A stretch of DNA of 64,000 bases from a virus (IMGVR_UViG_3300045919_000118:966-64965); one strand, 5' to 3'; shown: positions 53,748-63,196, counted from the stretch's first letter. A program made the numbers and translations. Notes: generated by a model not told the origin, from the letters alone.

Positions 53748-53947
53748 TGGCAGCGCTCCATCCTGGCGAAGATGCCGACGGGCAGCTTGAAAGCGATGCC
53801 AGTGGCGGTCTCCTTGAGGTGGACCCAGACCCTGCCGCGCTTGACCAACTGGACGCCACGCCAGCCGGTGCCGACCCGCGGGACCTCGTCGTAGAGGTAC
53901 ACCCGAAGGTCGCTGCGCTTCTTCCTGCTGCGCTTAGCCATTGTCAT
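53744..53947 (-). CDS. Small basic protein
   Basis: Arg/Lys-rich N-terminus; E.PRVG.GWR motif. Confidence 0.55.
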   Translation of the reverse strand: MTMAKRSRKKRSDLRVYLYDEVPRVGTGWRGVQLVKRGRVWVHLKETATGIAFKLPVGIFARMERCQ

Positions 53948-54185
53948 CGTCCTTGGTGATGAAGACGATGGTGCACTGGCCTTGCGGGCGCAGGGTGATC
54001 GTCTCGCCGTATTCCTCGACCTTGCACGGCACGCCGTTCAGGCCCAGGAGCTTCTTGGCTCGACCGACCAGCATGCGACGCGACGGCCGCATGCCCCACT
54101 CGTTGCCGATCTTCCGGCGACGAACCCAACCGTAGTTGGCCTCGCCAGCGAAGGTGTCGGTGTATTCAACCGTCCAGGACATCAC
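53934..54185 (-). CDS. Conserved phage early protein
   Basis: EYTDTFAGEANYGWVRR motif. Confidence 0.6.
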   Translation of the reverse strand: MMSWTVEYTDTFAGEANYGWVRRRKIGNEWGMRPSRRMLVGRAKKLLGLNGVPCKVEEYGETITLRPQGQCTIVFITKDDDNG

Positions 54186-54907
54186 TGGCTACCGTTGTCG
54201 AACGAGTTGTCAGTGCCGGGGCCCGAGCCGAACGGCAGGGCCTTGACCAGGTCGACCAGGCTGATCTTGGTCACGGTGCCAGCCGTGTCCATCATAGCAG
54301 CCTGGGGCTGACCGGCGGCCTTGTGGACCAGGCCGAAGCGCTTGGCGCAGACCGGGCCGTAGCCGTTCTCGACGCTGAAGGCGTCGCTGAGGGCCTTGGC
54401 GCAGAAGCAGCACGTCTTGGTGCTGAAACCGTAGGCCTTGGCAGCGCCCTGGGGGTCCTTGCAGAAGCCCTTGACGGCTTCGTGAACCTGGCCAGGCGTG
54501 GTCACCTCGCGGCGGCAGCGCAGCTCGCCCTGGGCGCTGATCTTGCCAGCGTAGGCCTTCGTCACACCATCGTAGAGGTAGAGCTGGCCAGCGTTGGCGC
54601 TGGTCTCACCAGCCGGGCGGACCGACCAGACGCTGCCGTCTGTGGCCTGGAGCCGGATGCTGGGGCGCTTCAGCGCGGCCTGGGCAGTCGCCATCATGGC
54701 GAACAGCGGGGCCACGTCGATGACGTTGGCTGGCTGACCGGCAGGAGTGGTGGCTTCAGCACAGAGCTTGTTGGCCCAGTACTGCTGCTTGTCGCTCCAA
54801 CGGCCGTACCGTTCGAAGTTGGCGACCAGGGCTGTGCCGAAGTCGTTAGTACGACCAGCCACGGCAAGAGCCTTGAGCTGGGTATAGATAGTCACTTGGG
54901 TATTCAT
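54182..54907 (-). CDS. DUF6011-like protein
   Basis: CCFC.K.LSD..S...GYGPVCAKR; ACGGAG RBS; own promoter. Confidence 0.7.
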   Translation of the reverse strand: MNTQVTIYTQLKALAVAGRTNDFGTALVANFERYGRWSDKQQYWANKLCAEATTPAGQPANVIDVAPLFAMMATAQAALKRPSIRLQATDGSVWSVRPAGETSANAGQLYLYDGVTKAYAGKISAQGELRCRREVTTPGQVHEAVKGFCKDPQGAAKAYGFSTKTCCFCAKALSDAFSVENGYGPVCAKRFGLVHKAAGQPQAAMMDTAGTVTKISLVDLVKALPFGSGPGTDNSFDNGSQ

Positions 54908-54950
54908 CACACGGTTCTCCGTTTGTGTGCTCACCGGCTGTCCCGGTGCC

Positions 54951-54984
54951 CAGTACATATAGAGATGGGTCCGCTGGGCGTCAA
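54951..54984 (-). promoter_or_regulatory. Sigma70-like promoter with TGTACTG
   Basis: TTGACG-17-TATATG(TACTG), followed by CACCGG-GACAG-CCGGTG hairpin. Confidence 0.65.
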
Positions 54985-54992
54985 TACGGGAC

Positions 54993-55028
54993 AAGAAAAA
55001 AGCCAGGTGGTGAGCCTGGCTTTCTGTT
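54993..55028 (-). terminator. Intrinsic terminator (possibly bidirectional)
   Basis: AAAGCCAGG-TGGTGAG-CCTGGCTTT; T-run on the minus strand directly after the stop at 55027. Confidence 0.7.
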
Positions 55029-55266
55029 AAGTGCCTGTTCGGCGGGCCTTTTTGCCCTCCATGAAGGTGTCCAGGACGGTCACATCACCCCTGTAAAGGG
55101 CGTGCGCCTCAGCCTCTTCGGCCAGGTAAACGTCCCTGGCGGCGTCCAGGTGGAAGGCAAAACTGAGGTTCTTGCCGTCCGCCTGGTGCATCAGGTCGAC
55201 CAGGTGGTCGATGAGGTGGCGGCTCTCCCGCTGGAGCCGCTTGGGGCCGACTGGTCCTTGGCTCAT
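55027..55266 (-). CDS. Hypothetical protein
   Basis: ATG 55266 overlaps the upstream stop. Confidence 0.5.
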   Translation of the reverse strand: MSQGPVGPKRLQRESRHLIDHLVDLMHQADGKNLSFAFHLDAARDVYLAEEAEAHALYRGDVTVLDTFMEGKKARRTGT

Positions 55267-55550
55267 TTCACACCGCCCAGGCCCTTGAGGATGTCGTACA
55301 CCCTGGCAGCCGAGTCGGGCTCGGCGTCGCACAGGTCCATAGCCTCCTGGCTCTGGGTGTGCACGTAGCCGACCTTGGTCTCGTCCCGCAGGACTTTGAA
55401 GGCCTTCTTCAGCTCCAGGGCCTTCTCTTCGTTCGTCATAGTCAGTTCCTTCTTCTTCGGCTGTCTCGTCAGCCTGGGGCAGTCCATCGTCTCCGTGTCG
55501 TTGCGGCACGGGTCGTCAGTGATTTGGTAGCAGCGGTTGCAGACGGGCAT
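55263..55550 (-). CDS. Hypothetical protein
   Basis: Start at 55550 (Cys-rich N-terminus) or at 55439 (AAGGA RBS). Confidence 0.45.
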   Translation of the reverse strand: MPVCNRCYQITDDPCRNDTETMDCPRLTRQPKKKELTMTNEEKALELKKAFKVLRDETKVGYVHTQSQEAMDLCDAEPDSAARVYDILKGLGGVK

Positions 55551-55825
55551 TAGCGTGGGTCCTTGTTGGTGAGCGCGGCCATCATCTCGTCCTTCATCCA
55601 TTGCGGAGGAGGGGCGCTGATCATGTTCTTGTGGCCAGCGTCGACCCACCTGGTCCACGTCACGAAGTCGCCAGGGGCGCGCTCGATGCGGGCCTCGCGG
55701 ACGACCTTGAGCGTCAGGCTGTAGTGGCCAGCCCGGCTCTTCGTCACCACGAACCTGGTCGTGCCAGGGGCAGGGATCGCACGCTTGGTCTTCGGCGTGG
55801 TCCGCTTGGTTGGTTTGTTAAGCAT
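55550..55825 (-). CDS. Hypothetical protein
   Basis: GGAGAG RBS; first gene after a promoter. Confidence 0.55.
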   Translation of the reverse strand: MLNKPTKRTTPKTKRAIPAPGTTRFVVTKSRAGHYSLTLKVVREARIERAPGDFVTWTRWVDAGHKNMISAPPPQWMKDEMMAALTNKDPR

Positions 55826-55864
55826 TGTAGTCTCTCCATTCTTCGGCGGCTCTGTGCCGCCAGA

Positions 55865-55897
55865 CAGTACATATAGGATCAGGCTCCTGTATTGCAA
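55865..55897 (-). promoter_or_regulatory. Sigma70-like promoter with TGTACTG
   Basis: TTGCAA-16-TATATG(TACTG), followed by GGCGGC-ACAGA-GCCGCC hairpin. Confidence 0.6.
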
Positions 55898-55983
55898 GCC
55901 CGTACAGCGGTTTGACAGGGACACAAACAGCCGGGTACGAGCGACCCTGCCCCATCCTGGGCACGAATGGTTAAGGAGGACAC

Positions 55984-56298
55984 ATGGTTGCGAAAGCAGA
56001 GATACGGTTACCGAGCGGGCTGATCCTCAGCTACGAGGGTGAGGCAGGCAGCGCCTGGGGCGGGAAGTCCGAGCCGGTCGCGGAGCTCTTTGCCAGGCTC
56101 CTGGCGTGCATGGAGACCGAGGACTGGGCTGCCGTGGTATCGGCCGCCAAGGTACTGCACGGCCCGCCGCGGCCACGCCCAGCGGCTGCGCCGGTCGAGC
56201 CGAAAGCGGCTGCGACACCTAGCCGCAAAGCGGTACAGCCAAGGCCTGATCCCCAGGCGGCAGTAGCGCAGCCTGGCCTGGACCTGGTCCCGGCCTAA
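55984..56298 (+). CDS. Hypothetical protein
   Basis: TAAGGAGG RBS; TTGACA at 55912 upstream. Confidence 0.55.
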   Translation: MVAKAEIRLPSGLILSYEGEAGSAWGGKSEPVAELFARLLACMETEDWAAVVSAAKVLHGPPRPRPAAAPVEPKAAATPSRKAVQPRPDPQAAVAQPGLDLVPA

Positions 56299-56343
56299 CC
56301 CACTGGAAGCGTGGGGTGCTGACGGATTCAGTACCCCCGCCTC

Positions 56344-56372
56344 TTGTCCCGCCGCCCAGTACAGGCTATGTA
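56344..56372 (+). promoter_or_regulatory. Putative promoter with CAGTACA in the spacer
   Basis: TTGTCC-17-TATGTA. Confidence 0.45.
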
Positions 56373-56399
56373 GTCCTCGTCCAATTAAGGAGAGGGCAC

Positions 56400-56714
56400 A
56401 TGACTGACACATACAACCCGGACGCCAAGTACACGGTCGTCCGCAAATACGCCAAGGGCCACCCAGACGTGATCGTCGACACCGGCCTGACGCTGACCGA
56501 GGCTCGCGCTCATTGCGCCGACCCGGAGACATCGAGCCGCACGGCCCTGGGTCCAGGCAAGCTGGAGCACACCAGCAAGTTCGGCCCCTGGTTCGACTCG
56601 TACTACGAGGAGGACAGCCGCTACCGTCCCGCCACGACGCAGGAGATCGTCAACGACGTCCACGACGCCATGACCGGCGACTTCGGCAAGGTGATCAAGA
56701 GGGAGATTGTCTGA
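56400..56714 (+). CDS. Conserved phage early protein
   Basis: TGLTL.EA.AHC.DPETSS.T...WFD.Y motif; TAAGGAG RBS. Confidence 0.6.
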   Translation: MTDTYNPDAKYTVVRKYAKGHPDVIVDTGLTLTEARAHCADPETSSRTALGPGKLEHTSKFGPWFDSYYEEDSRYRPATTQEIVNDVHDAMTGDFGKVIKREIV

Positions 56715-57007
56715 TGGGCCGCCCAGAAGGCATGACCCTCGTTCGTCTGAGCGACGACGAGGCCGTGTACGACGACGGTAGGACTGGCAACAGGCTGTTC
56801 GTCAGATGGTGCCTCCACCGCGAGCTCCAGATCGAGTTCCCGCTGTCGATCCAGTCGCGGACGCCGAGGGGCAACATCCGTCGGCTTGAGCCGACTGGCG
56901 ACACCTGGAAGCGGGCCGCGGCTGCCATGCGCTGTGACATCAGGATCGCCTGCATTGGCGTCCGTGCCATGGCCCTGCGCTGCGGCCTGGAGGAGATCGT
57001 CCAATGA
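56714..57007 (+). CDS. Hypothetical protein
   Basis: TGATG-coupled ORF. Confidence 0.45.
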   Translation: MGRPEGMTLVRLSDDEAVYDDGRTGNRLFVRWCLHRELQIEFPLSIQSRTPRGNIRRLEPTGDTWKRAAAAMRCDIRIACIGVRAMALRCGLEEIVQ

Positions 57008-57318
57008 GGTTGCTGGCTGACCTCCACCTGGAGCGCATGGTCGTCGGCGTTTCCATTTACCGTGACGACCTGAACGACAGGCACATCACGGTGAACTGGC
57101 AGACGCGGGTGAGCGGTGTTCGCCAGGTCGGACCGCACGACGAGGTCGCCATCTTGGCTGCCTGGTCGACCACCAAGCGGGGCACCAGGGCCCTCACCCA
57201 GAGCGGTGAGGTCTGGCGCACGCTCAAGCTGGCCGTGCAGTGGGACGTTCGACGCTTCGGCAAGAGTGTGTCCAGGCTGGCCCAGGGCTGCGCCCAGGAG
57301 ATCATCGATGGCGCTTAA
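57004..57318 (+). CDS. Hypothetical protein
   Basis: ATGA-coupled; GGAGGAG RBS. Confidence 0.5.
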   Translation: MRLLADLHLERMVVGVSIYRDDLNDRHITVNWQTRVSGVRQVGPHDEVAILAAWSTTKRGTRALTQSGEVWRTLKLAVQWDVRRFGKSVSRLAQGCAQEIIDGA

Positions 57319-57517
57319 ACGACCCGTCATGAAGTACGTCGTCATCGTGCGGCGTCACAACTATGGGACCGATGCGTACGGGCCCTATCGGACCTTCCAC
57401 CAGGCTGAGGGTGACGCCAAGGCCTGGGATGGGATCAACGGCCAGTTCACGTACGTCGTGCCACTACAGAGCCCCGCTGAGGGCATTTCGAAGGAGACCG
57501 GCAACAATGTCGGATGA
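57308..57517 (+). CDS. Hypothetical protein
   Basis: AGGAG RBS; YGPYRTF..A motif. Confidence 0.5.
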   Translation: MALKRPVMKYVVIVRRHNYGTDAYGPYRTFHQAEGDAKAWDGINGQFTYVVPLQSPAEGISKETGNNVG

Positions 57518-57827
57518 GACTAAACCCGCCCTGGTGACCTACCTGGTCACGCCCAGGGAGAAGACCAGGGCCGCGCGCGAGATCGTCGTCCGCCTGGAGG
57601 CCAACATGGCCAAGCAAGCCGAGCAGGTGAAACTGCTCAAGGAAGCGCTGAACCGCGCCGAGCTGGAGGCCTCCCCGGAGGTTCGCATTGTCGGCCGCCG
57701 TCGGCATGGTAAATACATCGTCGAGCGATTGAGTTGCGGCCACGAGCTGCGAATCCTCGCCGAGCCCGGTCGGAGCAATCCCATCGGCCCAGGACCAACC
57801 CGCAAGTGTGTGAGCTGCCTGACATGA
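57507..57827 (+). CDS. Hypothetical protein with C-terminal zinc ribbon
   Basis: Coiled coil, then LSCGH...RKCVSC. Confidence 0.55.
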   Translation: MSDETKPALVTYLVTPREKTRAAREIVVRLEANMAKQAEQVKLLKEALNRAELEASPEVRIVGRRRHGKYIVERLSCGHELRILAEPGRSNPIGPGPTRKCVSCLT

Positions 57828-58105
57828 CCGACGAGCCAGACAACGGCAAGGTGACGCTTCAGATGACGTCAGGCGACCAGCCAGGCGTGGTGCTCCGGTT
57901 CATCCGTCCGAACGGATCGGTGGAGCGCCTGGACCGGCAAGTGGCCCCGACCATCAGGCAGATCGCTGGCATGAGGCGGCACGGGATGTGCCGCGCCAAG
58001 GAGCTTGGCGTCCCCTTCGTCGACTACACACCACAGACCACAAAAAGGAAGCCGAGCGATGGGAACATTCACCCTTCACCTCCAGCCCACCCCGCGGTTC
58101 GTTAA
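57824..58105 (+). CDS. Hypothetical protein
   Basis: ATGA-coupled ORF. Confidence 0.45.
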   Translation: MTDEPDNGKVTLQMTSGDQPGVVLRFIRPNGSVERLDRQVAPTIRQIAGMRRHGMCRAKELGVPFVDYTPQTTKRKPSDGNIHPSPPAHPAVR

Positions 58106-58298
58106 GGCCGCCAACGGCCAGATGTACCGCGTGTTCATCGGCCACGGAGCCAACGGCACGAAGGTCGAGGTCCTGGTCTACTGCGTCGGCGTGGTCGAGC
58201 GTGACCTGGACCAGATCGGCCAGGTGCTCAGCGACATGGCCCCCACATCCGTCGAGAATATGGGGAAGGAAACCAAGGTGTCAGAGACCGTGCACTAG
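58059..58298 (+). CDS. Hypothetical protein
   Basis: AAGGAAG RBS; 79 aa. Confidence 0.5.
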   Translation: MGTFTLHLQPTPRFVKAANGQMYRVFIGHGANGTKVEVLVYCVGVVERDLDQIGQVLSDMAPTSVENMGKETKVSETVH

Positions 58299-58485
58299 CC
58301 ACGTCTGACCGTTCCCAGGTACAGTTAATGGCGTGATTCGCTTCATGCGGCGCACGCAAAGCTGACCTGGAGGCGTTTGCCATCACAGCCCCCGCTGAAT
58401 TCCCAGTGGCAATCTTCAGGTTCGCCAGACCGGTGTCATAGCCCCCACCGTGACACCGGTCGCCCCCAACCTGGAAGAGGCATAG

Positions 58486-58740
58486 ATGAACGCCATTGAG
58501 GCCGCCGCCAAGGCCGCCATGAAGGTCAAGGACATGAGCCCTGACTTCGATCCCCGAGACGTCTTCACGATTGAACGAGAATGCCAGGCGATGGCGACAG
58601 CCGTCATCGAGTCGCTCCAGGACGGTCTCACTCCGAACATGGTGATGGCTGGCAGGGACGCGGCCCCAGGCAAGCTGACGGACGCCGAAGTGCGCCAGGT
58701 CTTCGGTGCGTGCCTGGCAATGGCACTGAGGGGGCAGTGA
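58486..58740 (+). CDS. Hypothetical protein
   Basis: A.AVIE.L....TPNMV.AG motif. Confidence 0.55.
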   Translation: MNAIEAAAKAAMKVKDMSPDFDPRDVFTIERECQAMATAVIESLQDGLTPNMVMAGRDAAPGKLTDAEVRQVFGACLAMALRGQ

Positions 58741-59003
58741 TGGACAAGACCCCGATCCCGAACTGCGGCAACTGCCGCTGGGGCAGCACCTTCGTGGCCC
58801 CCGACCGCACGATCAACCCGCAGCAGAGGCAGTGCAAACGCATGCCGCCGAACGCTGTGGCGATCCACGGGCACCAGGGTGTTCAGATCATGAGCATCTG
58901 GCCCATCGTCACCATCAACGACCACTGTCACGAGTGGAGGCAGCGCATGGAGCTGCCCGTCTTCTCGGCAAACGGGGTCGCGGATGTCCAGTCCAAAAAT
59001 TAG
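58740..59003 (+). CDS. Small Cys-rich phage protein
   Basis: CGNCRW...CKRMPP...WP.V...D.C.EW. Confidence 0.6.
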   Translation: MDKTPIPNCGNCRWGSTFVAPDRTINPQQRQCKRMPPNAVAIHGHQGVQIMSIWPIVTINDHCHEWRQRMELPVFSANGVADVQSKN

Positions 59004-60450
59004 CCTGATCTACGACTACGAGGGGTGCCCGACACTGGCATCCTTCGCCAGGTCGGACGCCTTCATGCGTGGCATCGTCGGGCCCTTCGGCAGCGGCAAG
59101 TCGTCGGCCTGCGTGGCCGAGGTGGCCCAGCGTGGCCGGGCACAGAAGCCACTGCACGACGGCAAGCGACGCTCCAGGTTCGCCATCATCCGCAACACGT
59201 TCCCGCAGCTCAACGACACCACGATGAAGACGTTCTTCGACTGGATGCCGCCCAAGCACTTCGGGGACTACGTGGCTGGCGAGCACACCTACTACATCCG
59301 AAAGTGGGGCAACATCGGCATCGAGATCGAGGTCATGTTCCGCGCGCTCGACACGCCCGAGTCGGTCAAGAAGCTGCTGTCTCTTGACCTGACCGGGGCC
59401 TGGATCAACGAGGCGCGGGAAGTGCCGTGGGCCGTCATCGAGGCCGTGCAGGGGCGTGTTGGACGCTACCCGGCGCAGCGCGATGGCGGCCCGTCCTGGC
59501 ACGGGGTCTGGATGGACACCAACCCGCCTGACGTCGACAGCGAGTTCTACAAGTTCTTCGAAGAGCAGAAGCACGACCCGAACTTCGCCCAGGTGTTCAG
59601 GCAGCCCAGCGGCCTGGCACCGGACGCCGAGAACCTCCCCAACCTCCCAGGCGGGCGCGGGTATTACTCGAACCTGGTCCAGGGCAAGAGCCAGAACTGG
59701 ATCGACATCTATGTGCATGGCAAGTACGGGTTCACGCAGACCGGCAAGGCTGTGTTCCCTGAGTTCAGCGACCAGGTGCACATCAAAGAGATCGAGCCGA
59801 TGCCGAACCTGCCGGTCTATCGCGGGTTCGACTTCGGTCTGACGCCAGCGTGCGTGCTTTGCCAGGTGCTGCCCGACGGCCGGTTCCTGGTGTTCGACGA
59901 GCTCTACTCCGACAGCTCCGGCATCGACGCATTCTCCGACGCGGTGCTGCGTTACACGTCCCAGGTCTTCGCCAAGCAGCCCAGGTACATCGACATCGGT
60001 GACCCGGCAGGCATGCAGCGCAGCCAGACGGACGAGAAGACCTGCTTCCAGATTCTCCATGCCAAGGACATCCTGATCGAGCCTGGCATCCAATCCCTGG
60101 CGATGCGCCTGGAGGCTGTCCGCAAGCCGCTGACGACAATGGTCAACGGCATGCCTCAGTTCATTCTGCACCCGCGGTGCACCAGGCTCCGCAAGGCATT
60201 CCTGGGCCTGTACCGCTATCGCAAGATGAAGGTCCAGGGCGACCGCTTCACCGACCAGCCAGACAAGAACGAGGCCAGCCACATCATGGATGCGCTCCAG
60301 TACGTGTGCACCAGGGTGTTCACCGGCTCCCTCGTGCTGTCCAGGGAGCAGCAGACGATGCTGCGGAAGGATCGCGAATACGTCGACAGCCTCGACGGCC
60401 AGGCAGAGTACGGCGACGACAGTGGCCGCAACGAAGTGACAGGATACTGA
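58984..60450 (+). CDS. terL: Terminase large subunit
   Basis: Walker A GPFGSGKS, IRNT.PQL..TT, Walker B WINEARE, DTNPP, GFDFGLTPA, SHIMDALQY. Confidence 0.95.
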   Translation: MSSPKISLIYDYEGCPTLASFARSDAFMRGIVGPFGSGKSSACVAEVAQRGRAQKPLHDGKRRSRFAIIRNTFPQLNDTTMKTFFDWMPPKHFGDYVAGEHTYYIRKWGNIGIEIEVMFRALDTPESVKKLLSLDLTGAWINEAREVPWAVIEAVQGRVGRYPAQRDGGPSWHGVWMDTNPPDVDSEFYKFFEEQKHDPNFAQVFRQPSGLAPDAENLPNLPGGRGYYSNLVQGKSQNWIDIYVHGKYGFTQTGKAVFPEFSDQVHIKEIEPMPNLPVYRGFDFGLTPACVLCQVLPDGRFLVFDELYSDSSGIDAFSDAVLRYTSQVFAKQPRYIDIGDPAGMQRSQTDEKTCFQILHAKDILIEPGIQSLAMRLEAVRKPLTTMVNGMPQFILHPRCTRLRKAFLGLYRYRKMKVQGDRFTDQPDKNEASHIMDALQYVCTRVFTGSLVLSREQQTMLRKDREYVDSLDGQAEYGDDSGRNEVTGY

Positions 60451-60453
60451 CCC

Positions 60454-60960
60454 ATGCTCCCAGCAGTTCAACGCAAGGTCGAAGCCTTCCAGGCCATGTT
60501 CGACGAGGTCGAGACGGACCAGACAGCCAAGGGGGTCACGATCATCTGGTCGGGGGCCTATGGCGACAACCCGGAGCAGCCACCGATCCTCTGTGACAGC
60601 GAGGAGCTCGCCATCAAGCTGTGGAGCGAAACACTTCAGCGGTTCTGGACCGAACACGGCAAGGGTATGAGCAAGCTGATTTGGCACACCATCCCGATCC
60701 TCTGGAAGTACACGATGACGATGGAGGACATGAAGCGGACGCAACGCTTCACGACCTTCAGGTACTCGATGTTCTCCGCCCTCAAGTTCGAGCCTGGGAC
60801 CCCAGCTTCGTCCGAATCGCCACCTATGGTAGAGGCCGCAGAACAACCAAAAGCCCAGGAGCCTGACGATGAGCGGACAGCAGCGACCACCGGGACCGGA
60901 CCTTCTGCCGTCGACGGACGAGGAAAGGTTCCTTCCAGGCGCAAGGCCAACCCTGAATAG
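60454..60960 (+). CDS. Hypothetical protein
   Basis: 168-aa ORF between TerL and portal. Confidence 0.5.
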   Translation: MLPAVQRKVEAFQAMFDEVETDQTAKGVTIIWSGAYGDNPEQPPILCDSEELAIKLWSETLQRFWTEHGKGMSKLIWHTIPILWKYTMTMEDMKRTQRFTTFRYSMFSALKFEPGTPASSESPPMVEAAEQPKAQEPDDERTAATTGTGPSAVDGRGKVPSRRKANPE

Positions 60961-63196
60961 CCAGGACGACGAGGCGAACGAGATGGAGCCGGTCGAAGGA
61001 CCTGGCCCCGACGGTTCGCCGGAGCACGAGGCTGCTGAGGGTGAGGCTCCGGAGCCCAGCGAGCTTGGCCAGCCGTCCCCTGGGCCGCAGGCTGCACCGC
61101 AGGTCCCGGACAGCTTCCGCAAGCTGGTCCAGTACGCCCAGATGGACAACATCTGCGACGACCTGGACGACACGCTGCTCGCGGACATCGGCGCGCGCGC
61201 GAAGCAGGAGTACGAGATCGACAAGCGCAGCCGCGCCGAGTGGCTGGACAAGGTCGAGCGCTACAAGGCCCTGGCCCTCCAGAAGGCCGAGCCCAAGAAC
61301 TACCCCTTCGCCAAAGCCTCGAACGTCATCTGGCCCCTGCTCAGCATGGCGGCCAACGACTTCGCCGCCGCGGCCTACCCGGCCATCATCCAGGGTCGTG
61401 ACGTCGTGAAGGGCATCGTCGTCGGCGAGGACAACGGCAAGCCGGTCATCGGCCAGGACGGCAAGCCGGTGATGGACCCGAGCACGCAGAAGCCGAAGGT
61501 CAACCAGGAGACGATGGAAATCGAGAAGGACCAGAATGGCCAGCCCATTATGGACCCCGCCTCCGCGCAGCCTGCCTACTACGAGAAGCCAGGGACCAAG
61601 CAGGATCGGGCCGACAAGGTCGCCAACCACATGAGCTGGCAGCTCCTCTTCCAGGACCGCAACTGGCAGAAGGACACCGACATGCTCCTGCGGCGGCTTC
61701 CCATCGTCGGCGGGGCCGCCAGGAAGGTCTGGTACGACCCTGGCCTGAAGAAGAACTGCTCCCGCCTGGTGGCGTACGAGAACCTGGTCATCAACTATTA
61801 CGCCAGGTCGTTCGAGAGCGCGCCGCGCATCACCGAGGTGTTTGAGCTGTACCCGTTCGAGATCGAGGAGAAGGTCAGGCGGGGCGAGTACCGCGACTTC
61901 CAGTACAACACGTTCGGCGGCAGCGACAAGAAAGGCCAGAGTGGCGGCGATGACCGTGACGGTCCCCAGGTCTTCCTGGAGCAGCACCGTCGGTGGGACC
62001 TGGACGGGGATGGATACGCCGAGCCCTACGTCGTCGTCCTCCACGAGAGCACCGGTCAGGTAGTCCGCATCACGGCTGGCTTCGACCTGAACGCCGAGAC
62101 CATCGAGATCAAGGAGGGCGAGGAAGGCCCACAGATCGTCCGCATCGACCGCAAGCGCTTCTACGTGCCCTACGGCTTCATCCCGAACCCGGACTCATCG
62201 GTCTACCCCCTGGGCTGGGGTCACCTCCTGGGACCGATCAACGAGGCGATCAACACCTCGATCAACCAGATGTTCGACGGCGCTCACCTCCAGAACGCAG
62301 GTGGCGGCTTCATCGGCTCCCAGCTCTCGATGCACAGCGGCCAGGTGAAGTTCAAGGTCGGCGAGTACAAGGTCGTCAACACGATGGGCTCGAACATCCG
62401 GGACGCGATCTACCCGATGCAGTTCCCTGGCCCGTCGCCGGTCCTGTTGCAGCTCCTGTCGTCGCTGTTCGACGCTGGCAAGGAGTTCGGTGGCATGCGG
62501 GATGTGACGCAGGGCAACACATCGCCCGCGTCGACCGATCCGGCCACGCTCTACGCCATCATGGAGCAGGGCCAGAAGGTCTTCAAAGACATCTACAAGC
62601 GCATCTACGCGGCGCTGAACGAGGAGTTCAAGCTGCTCTACGACATCAACGCCAAGTGCCTGCCGGAGCAGGGCGTGCGCTACCAGATGGGCGACACGTT
62701 CGAGACGGTCACCAAGGCCGACTACCAGCGTGGCGCAGGCGTCGAGCCCATCGGTGACCCGTCGATGATCACCGACGTGCAGCGCATGGGCCGGGCTCAG
62801 TTCCTGATGTCGTTCAAGGACGACCCGCTCATCAACCAGGTCGAGGTCCGCAAGCGCGCCCTGGGGGCCGTCAACATGGACGGCATCGAGAACCTGGTCG
62901 TCGAGAATCAGACCCCGTCGGCGATGGACATCGTGACGATGGAGCAGGCCAAGGCCAACGTCGACAAGACCAGAGCCGACGAGATGGAGAGCCATACGGC
63001 GGCCCTGGTGAACATGATGAAGGCCAAGCAGATCGCGAATGAGGCTGACAGCCACTTCCTCGACAAGCAGATGGACTTCACGAAGCTCCACCTGGAGGGC
63101 GTGCGTAACCTGATCATGGCGACGCAGCAGGAATCCAGGATGGCAGAGATCAGAGAGAAAGCGAGACTCACGAATGCCCAACGAGCCAAAAAGTAA
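60869..63196 (+). CDS. Portal protein
   Basis: D..SR.EW, PF..ASNV..PLL, A.KVA.HMSWQ, LEQH...DLDGDGY.EPY, F.PNPD...Y..G; start uncertain. Confidence 0.9.
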   Translation: MSGQQRPPGPDLLPSTDEERFLPGARPTLNSQDDEANEMEPVEGPGPDGSPEHEAAEGEAPEPSELGQPSPGPQAAPQVPDSFRKLVQYAQMDNICDDLDDTLLADIGARAKQEYEIDKRSRAEWLDKVERYKALALQKAEPKNYPFAKASNVIWPLLSMAANDFAAAAYPAIIQGRDVVKGIVVGEDNGKPVIGQDGKPVMDPSTQKPKVNQETMEIEKDQNGQPIMDPASAQPAYYEKPGTKQDRADKVANHMSWQLLFQDRNWQKDTDMLLRRLPIVGGAARKVWYDPGLKKNCSRLVAYENLVINYYARSFESAPRITEVFELYPFEIEEKVRRGEYRDFQYNTFGGSDKKGQSGGDDRDGPQVFLEQHRRWDLDGDGYAEPYVVVLHESTGQVVRITAGFDLNAETIEIKEGEEGPQIVRIDRKRFYVPYGFIPNPDSSVYPLGWGHLLGPINEAINTSINQMFDGAHLQNAGGGFIGSQLSMHSGQVKFKVGEYKVVNTMGSNIRDAIYPMQFPGPSPVLLQLLSSLFDAGKEFGGMRDVTQGNTSPASTDPATLYAIMEQGQKVFKDIYKRIYAALNEEFKLLYDINAKCLPEQGVRYQMGDTFETVTKADYQRGAGVEPIGDPSMITDVQRMGRAQFLMSFKDDPLINQVEVRKRALGAVNMDGIENLVVENQTPSAMDIVTMEQAKANVDKTRADEMESHTAALVNMMKAKQIANEADSHFLDKQMDFTKLHLEGVRNLIMATQQESRMAEIREKARLTNAQRAKK

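Noticed and set aside
58915-61251. 778-aa minus-strand ORF and similar long antisense ORFs (e.g. 19793-21772, 36094-37557)
   Set aside because: Shadows of well-supported genes on the opposite strand, expected from high GC3 codon bias; no recognisable motifs
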